From assembly GCA_035286585.1 (NCBI GenBank), contig DATEDC010000067.1, positions 1,272 to 65,271 on the forward strand: a DNA stretch of 64,000 nucleotides, read 5' to 3'. Source of the stretch: Anaerolineales bacterium. Lineage in GTDB: Bacteria; Chloroflexota; Anaerolineae; Anaerolineales; UBA4823. Position numbers and translations under genes: made by a program. Numbering within the stretch: the stretch's first letter is position 1; the number at the start of each line of letters is the position of its first letter. Positions 18,672 to 28,513 of this stretch are shown here, in pieces. The notes below the pieces were generated by a model that ran no database searches, was not told where the DNA came from, and saw nothing but the letters and a program-made list of their open reading frames with translations.

Positions 18672-20153
18672 CTACGGTTCATCGTTGGTGCTTTGTCCCA
18701 AAAAGGCGCGCACGGCGGAAATCTGCGCGGCGGGCACGCTGCCTTTCGCTTCCCAATAATCCAGCAAGTGAGTCAAACTAAACACTGCCAGCAGGCGCAA
18801 ACCTGCCTGCGCCAGCGCCTGCGCAGCTCCCGACTGCCGGTCGATCAAGACCACCACTTCCGAAATCTGCAATCCGGCGCGGCTCAATCTCTCGATCGCT
18901 TCGAATTTACTGCCGCCGGTTGTGGTTAAGTCATCGATCACCACGGCGCGCTCGCCAGGGACAAATGCGCCTTCGATCTCAGCTTTCGTGCCGTAGGTTT
19001 TGACCTCCTTGCGCGGGTAGATCAGCGGCCAACCACCCAGCAGGCTGATCGCAGTGCCAATTGGCAGGGCGGCATACGGCAGCGCCGCCAGGCGATCAAA
19101 CCGCAACCCCTCCAGGATGGGTAGATATGCCCGGGCAACCCGCAGCAGCAAGTCAGGGTGGGCAACGAGCTGGCGCAGGTCGAGGTATACAGGCGATTGC
19201 AGGCCGGATTTCAAGATGAAAGGCCGGTCGGGGCTGGCAAACTTGACGCAGCCAAGGGCGAGCAGCTCGTCGGCTATAGCCGCCAGGAAGGGATCGTCTT
19301 CGATCCTCGCCTGGTAAGCCCACTGGTGAGCGGTCTTGGGCTCCGGCAGGCTCAAGTAGGTCTGCCGCTCACGCTCGATCTCCGCCCGCAAATTTTCCGC
19401 CGCCTGGCGAGGATTGGCGGATCGCGCAATCCCGCGCGAGACGGAGAGCAGCAGCCCCAGCCCATCCTGGCGCAGCCCGGCCTGGAGGGCGAGTTTCAAA
19501 TCGCCGCCCTGGGCGCCCACACCCGGCGCCAGAATCCACAGTCCGGGAGCCAGCTCCCGGATGCGCCGGAGCGCCTCCAGGTGCGTGGCGCCCACCACCA
19601 GGCCCAGGTTACCCTTCTGATTCCACGCCTGGGCCAGTAGCGCGACCTGCTCGTAAACTAAACGCGGACCCTTCTCTCCCCAGGTGCGCAGGTCCTGCAG
19701 GTCTGCCGAACCAGGGTTGGAAGTTTTACACAGTACGAAAACCCCACGCGCGGGGTCTTCCAGGAGAGGCGCCAGGGCGTCGTAACCCAGATATGGGTTA
19801 GCCGTGATGGCATCCGCTCCCAGCACCTCAAAGGCCGCTCTGGCATAAGCCTCTCCCGTGGAGGCGATATCGCCTCGCTTGGCGTCCAGGATGACTGGCG
19901 CGCCCTGCGGTGCGGCAGCAATAACCTCTTTCAGGGCGAGCATCCCCTCGGGACCCAGCGCCTCGAAAAAAGCGACATTAGGTTTGAAGGCGGCAGCCAG
20001 ATCAGCCGTCGCCTCCATCAGCCGCAGGCAGAAATCACGCGCTGCCCCGGGGGTCGGAGTTACCAGGTCATCCGGGTGGGGGTCAAGCCCCACGCAGAGC
20101 AGCGAGCTAATTTGCCTGGCCCGATTCTCCAGATGAGTAAAGAATGAATCCAT
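18672..20153 (-). CDS. pyrF/pyrE: Bifunctional OMP decarboxylase (N-terminal, type 2) / orotate phosphoribosyltransferase (C-terminal)
   Basis: N half: LCVGLDPH, FKPNVAFFE, ILDAKRGDI, ILAPGVGAQGG. C half: FILKSGLQSPVYLDLR, PRPP loop VVIDDLTTTGGS. One uninterrupted 493-aa frame. Confidence 0.9.
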   Translation of the reverse strand: MDSFFTHLENRARQISSLLCVGLDPHPDDLVTPTPGAARDFCLRLMEATADLAAAFKPNVAFFEALGPEGMLALKEVIAAAPQGAPVILDAKRGDIASTGEAYARAAFEVLGADAITANPYLGYDALAPLLEDPARGVFVLCKTSNPGSADLQDLRTWGEKGPRLVYEQVALLAQAWNQKGNLGLVVGATHLEALRRIRELAPGLWILAPGVGAQGGDLKLALQAGLRQDGLGLLLSVSRGIARSANPRQAAENLRAEIERERQTYLSLPEPKTAHQWAYQARIEDDPFLAAIADELLALGCVKFASPDRPFILKSGLQSPVYLDLRQLVAHPDLLLRVARAYLPILEGLRFDRLAALPYAALPIGTAISLLGGWPLIYPRKEVKTYGTKAEIEGAFVPGERAVVIDDLTTTGGSKFEAIERLSRAGLQISEVVVLIDRQSGAAQALAQAGLRLLAVFSLTHLLDYWEAKGSVPAAQISAVRAFLGQSTNDEP

Positions 20154-20169
20154 TTGACCGTTACACGCC

Positions 20170-21162
20170 TCACGCCTTGCCTAAAACCATCGCCAGCAGA
20201 GCCATGCGGACGTACAGGCCGTATTCCATCTGGCGGAAGTAGGCGGCGCGCGGGTCTTCATCCACTTCCATGCTGATCTCGCCGACTCGCGGTAAGGGGT
20301 GCATGACGATCATCTGCTCCTTAGCCCGCCTCAGAGTATCCGGCATGATCACGTAAGCCCCCTTCACGCTCTCGTACTCAGCCTGATCGCCAAAACGCTC
20401 TTTCTGCACACGGGTGACGTAGAGCACGTCCGATTCTGGCAGCATGCCATCCAGCCCAGCGGACTCTGTTTGGGAAATACCGTTTTCATTCAGCTCGGCG
20501 ATAATTTCCGCCGGCATGCGCAGCACATCCGGTGAGACGTAATTCAAGCGGATATTGTAAAGAGAAAGCAGGCGCGCCAGAGAGTGGACCGTGCGCCCGT
20601 ATTTCAAATCTCCCAGCATGGTGACCACCAGCCCATCCACCTCCCCGAGCTCTTCGACGATGGTGAACAGGTCAAGCAGCGCCTGCGTGGGGTGTTCTCC
20701 AACGCCATCGCCGGCGTTGATGATCGGCTTGCGAGCGTAGCGAGCCGCCAGTGCAGAGGCGCCCACCTCGGGATGGCGCAGCACGATCACATCCGCGTAG
20801 CACTCCAGGGTGCGCACGGTATCCGGCAGGGATTCGCCCTTGGATACGGACGAATAGCGCACTTCATTAATAGGGATGACGCTGCCGCCCAGGCGCTCCA
20901 TCGCCGAGGTAAACGAGGAGGAGGTGCGGGTGGAGGGCTCGTAGAACAGGTTCGCCAGGATCTTGCCTTTCAGCAGGTCGAAAGTGCCCACGCGCTGCAC
21001 CATCTCGCGCATTTCATGGGCCACGCCGAAGATATACTCCAGATCATTGCGGGAGAACTGTTTTACGGAAATGATATCGCGCCCATAAAACGGAGAACTG
21101 CGCTGGTCGCCAAAGGGCAGGTAGGGGTTTTCAACTCGGGTTGGGGGTATATAGGTCGCCAT
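20170..21162 (-). CDS. pyrB: Aspartate carbamoyltransferase catalytic subunit
   Basis: [36 protein letters not shown] motifs. Confidence 0.95.
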   Translation of the reverse strand: MATYIPPTRVENPYLPFGDQRSSPFYGRDIISVKQFSRNDLEYIFGVAHEMREMVQRVGTFDLLKGKILANLFYEPSTRTSSSFTSAMERLGGSVIPINEVRYSSVSKGESLPDTVRTLECYADVIVLRHPEVGASALAARYARKPIINAGDGVGEHPTQALLDLFTIVEELGEVDGLVVTMLGDLKYGRTVHSLARLLSLYNIRLNYVSPDVLRMPAEIIAELNENGISQTESAGLDGMLPESDVLYVTRVQKERFGDQAEYESVKGAYVIMPDTLRRAKEQMIVMHPLPRVGEISMEVDEDPRAAYFRQMEYGLYVRMALLAMVLGKA

Positions 21163-21201
21163 AATCTCTCCTAATATTTATTATCAAGTAAGCAGTTACG
21201 A

Positions 21202-22314
21202 TTACTTTGCCCGCAGGTCCCTTCCATAACCGGGTGGGGCCAGCACCTGGCCATCCCGGTAAGCCTCCTGGCCGCGGAGCACCACGCGCAGCACCCTGCC
21301 GCGCGCCTGCCAGCCCTCAAACGGAGTCCAGGCGCAGCGTGAGATCATCCGTTCGCCGCGAATCTCCCAGCAGGCGCCGGCATCGACTTCAATCCAGGTT
21401 TCGGGCTGCTCCGGCAGGTGAAAGATGCGCTGCGGGTTAACGTGCATCCGGGCGACCAGATCATCCAGGGTGAGGCGTCCGGCATGCACGGCGCTCAAAA
21501 GCAGCGCTAAGGCGGTCTCCAGCCCCGGAAAGCCGGGGGGCGGGTTGGGCCCATCTTTCTCGGCCAGCGTATGGGGGGCGTGATCCGTAGCGAAGCAATC
21601 GATCACCTCCAGGTTATCCCACAGGGCTTGCCGGTCGGCGGCGGAGGCCAGAGGTGGGCGCACCTGGCTGCGCCCTTCGCCCAGGGAGGGGATGTCTGCC
21701 TCGCTCAACAGCAGGTGATGAGGCGTCACCTCACAGGTGACCTTGAGACCTTTCTCCTTGGCAGCTCGAATCAGCAAAATCTCCTCACGCCGGGCAACGT
21801 GAGCCAGGTGTACTGGCCGGTCATAGAGGGCAGCCAATAAGATCACGGCTGCCAGGGTGCGGCCTTCGGCGTGGGCGACAATTGGCAGGTGAGGCGGCCA
21901 AGCGACGAAATGCGCCATCCACAGCGCCATATCATCCAGGCGCAGTTGCCCGTAGGTCTGATCCAGGTACATTTTCAACCCGGCTGCTCGGGGAGCCAGC
22001 CCGGCGAGCACGGCCGCGTTGTCAGGTCCAGCGCCCAGGTACTGAGCGTAATCGCAGCGGGCTTTGCGCCGCGCAGCGCCCTCAGCCAGCGCAAACGCCT
22101 CGGCATCGATAATGGGCGGCTGAGTGTTAGGCATTGCCAGCACAGCCGCAAAGCCGCCCGCCAGGGCAGCCGCAGTGCCGCTATCCCAGTCCTCTTTGTG
22201 CATGGCGCCAGGTTCGCGCAGGTGGACGTGCGGATCGATCAAACCGGGAAGTCTCACTACTGACCGCCAGTTCCCTGTGCCGCGCCGGTCAAGCACGCCA
22301 CCAGCAGCGGGCAA
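21202..22314 (-). CDS. pyrC: Dihydroorotase (short N-terminus; start codon uncertain)
   Basis: [13 protein letters not shown] metal motif, HAE, ATDHAPH. The track TTG start at 22314 lies inside the U-run of an upstream hairpin, so an in-frame GTG at 22296 or 22257 is more plausible. Confidence 0.85.
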   Translation of the reverse strand: MPAAGGVLDRRGTGNWRSVVRLPGLIDPHVHLREPGAMHKEDWDSGTAAALAGGFAAVLAMPNTQPPIIDAEAFALAEGAARRKARCDYAQYLGAGPDNAAVLAGLAPRAAGLKMYLDQTYGQLRLDDMALWMAHFVAWPPHLPIVAHAEGRTLAAVILLAALYDRPVHLAHVARREEILLIRAAKEKGLKVTCEVTPHHLLLSEADIPSLGEGRSQVRPPLASAADRQALWDNLEVIDCFATDHAPHTLAEKDGPNPPPGFPGLETALALLLSAVHAGRLTLDDLVARMHVNPQRIFHLPEQPETWIEVDAGACWEIRGERMISRCAWTPFEGWQARGRVLRVVLRGQEAYRDGQVLAPPGYGRDLRAK

Positions 22315-22385
22315 AAAAATAGAGCCGCTGGGGCTCTATTTGGGGGGCTAAAAAGCGCCCACTGGACCGAGTGTCCCGGGGCGCC
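22313..22385 (-). promoter_or_regulatory. pyr operon leader with two tandem terminator-like hairpins (candidate attenuator)
   Basis: On the minus strand: GGCGCCC-18 nt-GGGCGCU + UUUUU (22385-22350), then AGAGCC-CCAGC-GGCUCU + A UUUUUUU (22337-22313). A 23-codon ORF (22419-22348, MRYLYFAPPKSRRPGTLGPVGAF*) runs through hairpin 1. Confidence 0.45.
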
Positions 22386-22427
22386 GGCTTTTTGGGGGTG
22401 CAAAATATAAGTACCTCATCTCGCCCG

Positions 22428-22455
22428 ATTTTACGAGTCTTTCCGATTCTGTCAA
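22428..22455 (-). promoter_or_regulatory. Sigma70-type promoter of the pyr operon, TTGACA-16 nt-TAAAAT
   Basis: Minus strand TTGACA 22455-22450 and TAAAAT 22433-22428. Confidence 0.5.
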
Positions 22456-22509
22456 GACCACAGGGAATATTTTAAGAGTTTTCTTAGCTTACCGGCGGGG
22501 AAAACCCGC

Positions 22510-23277
22510 TCAGGACCACTCCCAAAGGCGCATGCTCTCCAAAGCGCTGTGGGCGGTCAGATCGAGTTGGACCGGCGTGACGGAGACATATTTTTCCGCC
22601 AGCGCGCCGAAGTCGGTGCCCTCTTCCGGTACGCCGGTGGGGGCGTCGCCGCCGATCCAGTAATACGGGCGGCCGCGCGGGTCCTGCCGGCTGACCAGCA
22701 AATCTCGGTAAACACGCAGCCCCTGGCGAGTGACCTTTATCCCCTGGATCCCCTCATCGTGCACGTAGGGGACGTTGACATTCAGCAAGATGCCCTTTGG
22801 CAGCCCTTTCTCCAATACCCTGGCGGAGATTTTGCGCGCCACCCGGGCTGCGGTGCTGTAATCCAATAACCCCAGGTGATTCTCAGGCGAATCGAGTGAG
22901 ACGGCGATACCCGCCAGCCCCCAGATCGCCGCTTCCATGGCGGCAGTGACCGTGCCTGAATAGGTCATATCGTGCCCCAGGTTGGCATTGGGGTTGATCC
23001 CGGATACAACCAGGTCAACATTACTCTCCAGCAGACCCAGCACTGCCAGGGCGACGCAGTCCGAAGGGGCGCCGTCCGTAGCCAGCGCCGGGGTGCCATC
23101 AGCCAGCTCAACATTCTTCACCCGCAGCGGGCGGTGGAGGGTCTTCACATGCCCCGAGGCCGACCAGTTCCGGTCGGGCGCCAGGATAGTCACCCGTCCC
23201 AGCGAGCGCATTTCCTGCGCCAGGGCAAGCAATCCAGGGGCGGTAACTCCATCATCGTTGGTTATTAAAATATGCAT
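22510..23277 (-). CDS. surE: 5'/3'-nucleotidase SurE
   Basis: MHILITNDDGVTAPGL N-terminus, SGINPNANLG, YSGTVTAAMEA. Confidence 0.95.
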   Translation of the reverse strand: MHILITNDDGVTAPGLLALAQEMRSLGRVTILAPDRNWSASGHVKTLHRPLRVKNVELADGTPALATDGAPSDCVALAVLGLLESNVDLVVSGINPNANLGHDMTYSGTVTAAMEAAIWGLAGIAVSLDSPENHLGLLDYSTAARVARKISARVLEKGLPKGILLNVNVPYVHDEGIQGIKVTRQGLRVYRDLLVSRQDPRGRPYYWIGGDAPTGVPEEGTDFGALAEKYVSVTPVQLDLTAHSALESMRLWEWS

Positions 23278-23383
23278 AGGCTATTTGATCTTCAGGGGTT
23301 AAAATTCTTCGCACTATCCGGTGTTAAACACCGGCCTGGTATTATAACTGGAATGCATCTCGATCTGCACAGGAGAACTTGCG

Positions 23384-24190
23384 ATGAAATTGCAAATGAA
23401 GCGCCCATTTGGAATGCTGCTCGTTCTGGTTGGCACACTCAGCCTGGTCTTAAGCCTCTTTTGTGCGTCCCAGGTCTGGCGCCTGCGGCTGCCCTTCCAG
23501 GAAGGCCTGCTGAACGGCTTGGAGCTGATCGATAGCACCCTGGAAGCCACCACCGGGGCGCTCGCGCTGGCTCACGATTCTCTAAACGCCGCCAGCAGCA
23601 GCGCGGACACGCTGGCAGCCTCAGTAGAGACCTTGGGGAAATCGCTGCAAGACACCACACCCCTGCTGAAAACCCTGGCGACCCTGGTGGGCGAAGATTT
23701 TCCCCAAACGATCGGCACAGCCAAAACCTCCCTACAATCAGCCCAGACCAGCGCCCGCCTGATCGACAGCGTGCTCCGGGCGTTGACCTTTTTCAACCGC
23801 GATCTGTACAACCCACCTGTACCGCTGCATACCGCTTTGAGCCAGGTGTCCTCCAGCCTGGACGGCCTGCCGGGATCCTTTGCCACGATGGAGGCCAGTC
23901 TGGTTGCCACCAACCGCAACCTGACCCTGGTTGAAGAGGACGTGACCCGCATCGCGGCCGATATCGAGCTGATCAACACCAATTTGAAGGCGGCAGAGGA
24001 AGTGATCGCGCAATACCAGCAGGTCCTGGCGAAAATCACCCCTGAAATTGGCAAGCTCGAGAGCATGATCCCCCGCTGGGTAACCTGGCTGGCCTACTCC
24101 GGCGTATTCATCTTCTTCTGGCTGGGGCTTGCCCAGATCAGCCTGATATTGCGGGGCTGGGAACTGGCGTTTGGCATGCGCAAAGAGTAA
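23384..24190 (+). CDS. Hypothetical membrane-anchored helical protein
   Basis: 268 aa; N-terminal TM (FGMLLVLVGTLSLVLSLF) and C-terminal TM (WLAYSGVFIFFWLGLAQISLIL) flank a long Ala/Leu/Ser/Thr-rich helical region. No recognisable catalytic motif. Confidence 0.6.
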   Translation: MKLQMKRPFGMLLVLVGTLSLVLSLFCASQVWRLRLPFQEGLLNGLELIDSTLEATTGALALAHDSLNAASSSADTLAASVETLGKSLQDTTPLLKTLATLVGEDFPQTIGTAKTSLQSAQTSARLIDSVLRALTFFNRDLYNPPVPLHTALSQVSSSLDGLPGSFATMEASLVATNRNLTLVEEDVTRIAADIELINTNLKAAEEVIAQYQQVLAKITPEIGKLESMIPRWVTWLAYSGVFIFFWLGLAQISLILRGWELAFGMRKE

Positions 24191-24251
24191 TTAAATAAAC
24201 AGGCCCCACTTTTCTGCCGGAATCGAGCGGGGCAGCCCAGGCGAAAAAACC

Positions 24252-25100
24252 TTACCGGGTTGGTCTTCTGGTCTGCACCAGAACAGCTACTGCAACCAAC
24301 AGGGCAAACAAAAGCACCGCGATAATGACTCCGCCCCAGCCAGATAGCCAGGAGAGGGCGCTAGAAGTGGTTCCGGGCTGGACCGGCTGTGTCACCGTGC
24401 TGGCGACAGGCAGCGTCAGGATATACGACACCAGGTCAGCGATGTCCTCCTCGCTGAGCGGCCCACCATTAGCCAAGCCCCAGGCTGGCATGGGAGAGCC
24501 CTCGATCCCATTAGTGATCACGCTCTCCAGCCTCAAATCCACCCGAATGGCAGACCAGACGCGCCCCAACGTGGCGCCCACGCGGCCCTCGCCGTTAGGT
24601 CCATGGCAGACGGCGCAGTTTTGCTCGTAGAGCAGCGCCCCCCGGTTGGGATCGCCAGCCACATTCGGGAGGGGCGTAATTACCGGGCGAGGTCCAATCG
24701 TTGGGGTGGGCGGGATAAAGCGTGGGCCGCCGGTCTCCCAGCTCAGGATATAAGCCACCAGGGCATCGATCTCTTCTGAGGACAGCGGGCCGCCATTCGC
24801 CTGGCTCCAGGCTGGCATGGGAGAGCCGGCTATGCCGTTCTCTATCGTCGCCTTCACGCGCAGGTCAGGCCGGATCGAAGGCCAGTTTTTCGCCAGAGTG
24901 GTACCCACCCGCCCCTGGCCGTCCTCGCCGTGACAAACCGCGCAGTTTTCGGCGTACAGTCGCGCGCCCAGCTCGAGCTGCTCCTGGTTGGGTTCCTGAG
25001 CGCGCGCCATCTGGATGCCGGTCACCAGGATCAACAAACCAACGACCGCCAGCCACCCAAGGGATCGAATTCGAACCGGGGATCGCATTATTTTCCTCAC
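24252..25100 (-). CDS. Dihaem c-type cytochrome, membrane anchored (internally duplicated)
   Basis: Two CxxCH sites (CAVCHGEDG, CAVCHGPNG) in two near-identical about 100-aa halves (each ...GSPMPAW..ANGGPLS.EEI..LV.YIL). N-terminal signal/TM and C-terminal TM. Confidence 0.85.
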   Translation of the reverse strand: MRKIMRSPVRIRSLGWLAVVGLLILVTGIQMARAQEPNQEQLELGARLYAENCAVCHGEDGQGRVGTTLAKNWPSIRPDLRVKATIENGIAGSPMPAWSQANGGPLSSEEIDALVAYILSWETGGPRFIPPTPTIGPRPVITPLPNVAGDPNRGALLYEQNCAVCHGPNGEGRVGATLGRVWSAIRVDLRLESVITNGIEGSPMPAWGLANGGPLSEEDIADLVSYILTLPVASTVTQPVQPGTTSSALSWLSGWGGVIIAVLLFALLVAVAVLVQTRRPTR

Positions 25101-25942
25101 TTGAAGGTCAGCATATAGGCGATGATATCGGCTGCATCCTGGGCGGTTAAGGTGCTTCCAAAAGTGGTCGGCATCAGCGTATCCAGGTATCCCTCAACCA
25201 CGTAGGCTTTGGGTGAAACGATCGATTCCAACAGGTATTGCCCGGCATCTGTGGCTGATCCAGTGTAATCAGCCTGCGCGATCCGCAGCGCGGCGCGTTC
25301 AGCCATCCCAGGCGTAGATCCGCTGGGCGCCCAAGCAGGTCCAGTGGCTGTACTGACGTGGCAGCCCACGCAGCCCTTGGCAGTCGCCAGTGGCTCTCCG
25401 TTGGCGGGATCTCCCACCGGCAACGAGATGGTGATATCAGTCCCCACCGGCGGCCCCGCCAGCACACCTTCCTCCCTGCGGTCTGGGGCGGTTGATTCCC
25501 AGTTCATGATGAAGGCAGCAATGTTGCGAATCTGGTCGGCGCGCAGCGGCCCGGCGTAGTCCTCAGACCAGGCCGGCATGGCCGGGACGCCCTGTCCGGC
25601 GTACTGCTCCGGACGGGTGGAGGTCATCCGTCCGCTTGAGACCGTGGCGACGATATAATCTTCCAGGCTTCCGCTCCAACCCACCTCCTTCATCCGCTCG
25701 GCGAAGAAGTATTTGTCATTCAGCGGCGGGCACAATCCGAGCACTCCCTCTCCTTGGGGTCCGTGGCATTCATCACAGTTAATATCGTAAAGCTCTGCCC
25801 CAACTTCGATTGCTCTGGCTTGCTGCTCTCGCTCCAGGAGCGCCATGCGCTCTTCTTCTCCCAGACCATATACGACGAGCAAGGCGCCGGTCACCAGCAC
25901 CAGGAGCGTACCTAGAAATATTTCAATCTGCACACGAGACAT
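25097..25942 (-). CDS. Dihaem c-type cytochrome with N-terminal membrane anchor
   Basis: CDECHGPQG and CVGCHVS haem-binding motifs; 4-nt overlap with the next cytochrome c gene. Confidence 0.8.
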   Translation of the reverse strand: MSRVQIEIFLGTLLVLVTGALLVVYGLGEEERMALLEREQQARAIEVGAELYDINCDECHGPQGEGVLGLCPPLNDKYFFAERMKEVGWSGSLEDYIVATVSSGRMTSTRPEQYAGQGVPAMPAWSEDYAGPLRADQIRNIAAFIMNWESTAPDRREEGVLAGPPVGTDITISLPVGDPANGEPLATAKGCVGCHVSTATGPAWAPSGSTPGMAERAALRIAQADYTGSATDAGQYLLESIVSPKAYVVEGYLDTLMPTTFGSTLTAQDAADIIAYMLTFK

Positions 25943-25975
25943 AGTATTGGCTATCCTCCTGTAATGGAGCTGGCT

Positions 25976-27598
25976 CTATTCGCCACCGTGATCGCGGTGA
26001 ATGTACACATGGCGCGAATACTCTTTCCGGGCTCCGGTATCGACATCATCCCAAAGGATACGCATGGTGACTTTACGCAAGTCACGCTGCCAGTCTTCAA
26101 TCAGCATAACCGCCTCGACGTTGGGCAAACGCTCATGTTTGGGGAGATTCGTAATCGTCGTAGCCCGTATAATGCGATCATTGTATTCTTTAAATATCTT
26201 GGTTAACTCCGGGCAGCCGCGCGGTTGGTCAGGGCCTAGAATTAGGTCCGGGCACAAATTTTTCGGCGTGTTTTCACCCACTTCGTATACACCGGGCTGG
26301 AGCTGGTCAAACGGCACAGCCCGCAGGGGTCCAAGGCCTTCCTCTGGGACCATGTCCTGGATGATGCGGGTTGCAGCCGCGTGCGGGATGCCATACTCAG
26401 GCAATCCCATGTAACTCAACACCACGATCACAAGGGTAGCCAGCAAACCCGCGCCGACCGCCCAGGGGCGCTTGAACATACTGCGGTGGGGGTTGCGGTC
26501 GATATAGGGGATGCCCAACAATATCGCCGTCATGATGCCGGGCAGGATAACGCCCATCAAAGTCTTATCGCCCAATTTCAGCATGCCTTGCAGCCACCAG
26601 AAATACCAGGGCGCCTTGGTATCCAGGGGCGTCTGCTGCGGGTTGGCAATATGCTCGAGAGGCGCAGGACCGTATATATTGAAGGCAATGGCTGCCACCA
26701 GGATAAACATCCCCAGGGCGGTCAGAAAGACCTCGTGGGTCAACAGGTCGGGGATATAGTCGATACGCTGCTTGGCGTTTTTCAATTCCTCCGGCGAGGC
26801 TTTTCCTTCGTCAATGCGGGCAGGTTGAGAAATGCCGTGCTCACGCGCGACTTTGTAATAGTGGATGCTGAGCACCAGGATGGCAGCCAGCGGCAGCAGC
26901 ACCACGTGGAGCAGGTAGAAACGCAAAAGACCGCCGGCGCCGATATCCGGCGCGCCGCGAAACAGCAGGTTGACCTGGTCGCCAATCAGCGGGAACGCCT
27001 CCGCCATACTGGTGCCGATGGTCACCGCCCAGTAAGCCAGTTGGTCCCATGGCAGCAGGTAGCCGCTGAAGCTGAGGAAAAGGGTGATCCCCAGCAGGAT
27101 CACTCCGGTCAGCCAGGTGAAGGAGCGATCTTTTTTATACGAGCCGGTCAGGAAAGTGCGCAGCATGTGCAGGGCGGTGAAGATCACCATCGCCTCGGCG
27201 CCCAGGCGGTGAAGATCGCGCATCATCGAACCAAAGGGCACGTTGCTCATCAGGTACAGGATCGAGTCATAAGCTTCAGACGGCGAGGGGGTGTAAAAGA
27301 TCATCAAGATCAGGCCGGTGATCGTCTCCACAACGAAGGCAAAGGTGGTGAAGAAGCCCAACCGAAAGGTATGGGCGAAGATCGTGCTTCCCCTCTCGTA
27401 ATAGCGCGGCCGGATGTGAAACAGGAAGCTGATGGTGTGGACTTTGTAGCGCGGATTAGGGCGTTCGGTCGGCGGATCGCCGCGCAGAGCTGCCCGCAAT
27501 TCGTTAATGCCCAGACCCGCGGTGATAATCCTCACCCGCTGGTCAAGCGCCTGTACAGCTCTCTTACGCAGGTCTTGCAGTTTCAAGGAATTCAGCAT
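25976..27598 (-). CDS. Cytochrome b (fused b6 + subunit IV type) with about 135-aa C-terminal extension
   Basis: Haem-ligand helices (MRDLHRLGAEAMVIFTALHMLRTF; RFYLLHVVLLPL), PEWY-like region (KAPWYFWWLQ). Soluble tail after the last TM has no haem motif. Confidence 0.9.
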   Translation of the reverse strand: MLNSLKLQDLRKRAVQALDQRVRIITAGLGINELRAALRGDPPTERPNPRYKVHTISFLFHIRPRYYERGSTIFAHTFRLGFFTTFAFVVETITGLILMIFYTPSPSEAYDSILYLMSNVPFGSMMRDLHRLGAEAMVIFTALHMLRTFLTGSYKKDRSFTWLTGVILLGITLFLSFSGYLLPWDQLAYWAVTIGTSMAEAFPLIGDQVNLLFRGAPDIGAGGLLRFYLLHVVLLPLAAILVLSIHYYKVAREHGISQPARIDEGKASPEELKNAKQRIDYIPDLLTHEVFLTALGMFILVAAIAFNIYGPAPLEHIANPQQTPLDTKAPWYFWWLQGMLKLGDKTLMGVILPGIMTAILLGIPYIDRNPHRSMFKRPWAVGAGLLATLVIVVLSYMGLPEYGIPHAAATRIIQDMVPEEGLGPLRAVPFDQLQPGVYEVGENTPKNLCPDLILGPDQPRGCPELTKIFKEYNDRIIRATTITNLPKHERLPNVEAVMLIEDWQRDLRKVTMRILWDDVDTGARKEYSRHVYIHRDHGGE

Positions 27599-27646
27599 TT
27601 GACCTCCCCGAGTTGGAAGCTTGAAAACAGAGGCTATTTTATTCGA

Positions 27647-28204
27647 TCAGGCGTGGCGTTCGCCGAAGATACGCTTGCCGGTGTCAACCCGGATGACCGC
27701 GTTTGGATTATCAGGCAGCGAGAGGGGCTGGCCCTCAGGCGCTTCAGCCAGGACTTCTCCCGACTCCGGATCGGCGATCTGAACCACAAAGCGATCCAGC
27801 GAGCGAGGCGCAGGCCCGGCGATCCAGGTCCCATCCGGTTCGAACTGCGAGCCATGACAGGGGCAAAGAAAAATATTCTCCTGCTCGTTCCAATTATACA
27901 GGCAGCCCAGGTGGGTGCACACTTTATACAGCCCGACTAACCCCTGTTCTGTGTTCGAGAGCCATAGTTTTACCTTGGGGTAATTGACCGGCGACGAGCC
28001 TGCGGGGGGCAGGTCAGAGACCCTGCCAACCGTAAATGTGCCGCCAAACTCGCCCTCCTTGAACCGTGGCATCGAAAACAGATAGGTAACTCCGCCCAGA
28101 TTCACGGTCAGGAAACCCAAGGAGGCCAGCCAGGCGAGATTCAGAAATTCGCGCCGGTTGACAGGCTTCTGTTCAATTTCCACCTCAGTCGGTTTTGCGG
28201 TCAT
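27647..28204 (-). CDS. Rieske [2Fe-2S] subunit with Tat-like signal
   Basis: CTHLGC...CPCHGS cluster boxes. [16 protein letters not shown] twin-arginine-like N-terminus. GAGGAG RBS before the ATG at 28204; the longer track ORF start was rejected. Confidence 0.9.
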   Translation of the reverse strand: MTAKPTEVEIEQKPVNRREFLNLAWLASLGFLTVNLGGVTYLFSMPRFKEGEFGGTFTVGRVSDLPPAGSSPVNYPKVKLWLSNTEQGLVGLYKVCTHLGCLYNWNEQENIFLCPCHGSQFEPDGTWIAGPAPRSLDRFVVQIADPESGEVLAEAPEGQPLSLPDNPNAVIRVDTGKRIFGERHA

Positions 28205-28513
28205 AACCTCGTACTCCTCAACTAAGCAGATAATCTTTATAGGAAATGTAAGCTTGAGAATTATATCACCAACGCGCCCCAAAGCCATGGTCGGTGGATT
28301 TCAATCCCCAGCGAAGAGGACAAATCGGGGCATCATTGAATAGATACCCGGTGGGTGTGAGTTTACCAAAAAATAATCCGCCTGTCATACGCTCGCGGCG
28401 CCCTGTTGGTGTGATTTTGCCAGGCACAAACGGGTGATCAACGCATCACCCCGACAGATGTGGTATCATGGCCAAGCTACATCCACGCCTGGATCGATAA
28501 CGAGGAGGTCCGC

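Noticed and set aside
22361-22374. PyrR-binding loop in the pyr leader
   Set aside because: GGUCCAGUGGGCGC shares only UCCAG..GG with the PyrR box ARUCCAGAGAGGYU, and no pyrR gene is in the window. The evidence is insufficient.
26381-27940. 519-aa plus-strand ORF antisense to cytochrome b and Rieske genes
   Set aside because: The opposite strand encodes proteins with unmistakable cytochrome b and Rieske motifs. The long antisense frame is Arg/Gly/Gln-rich low-complexity, typical of stop-poor antisense frames in high-GC DNA.
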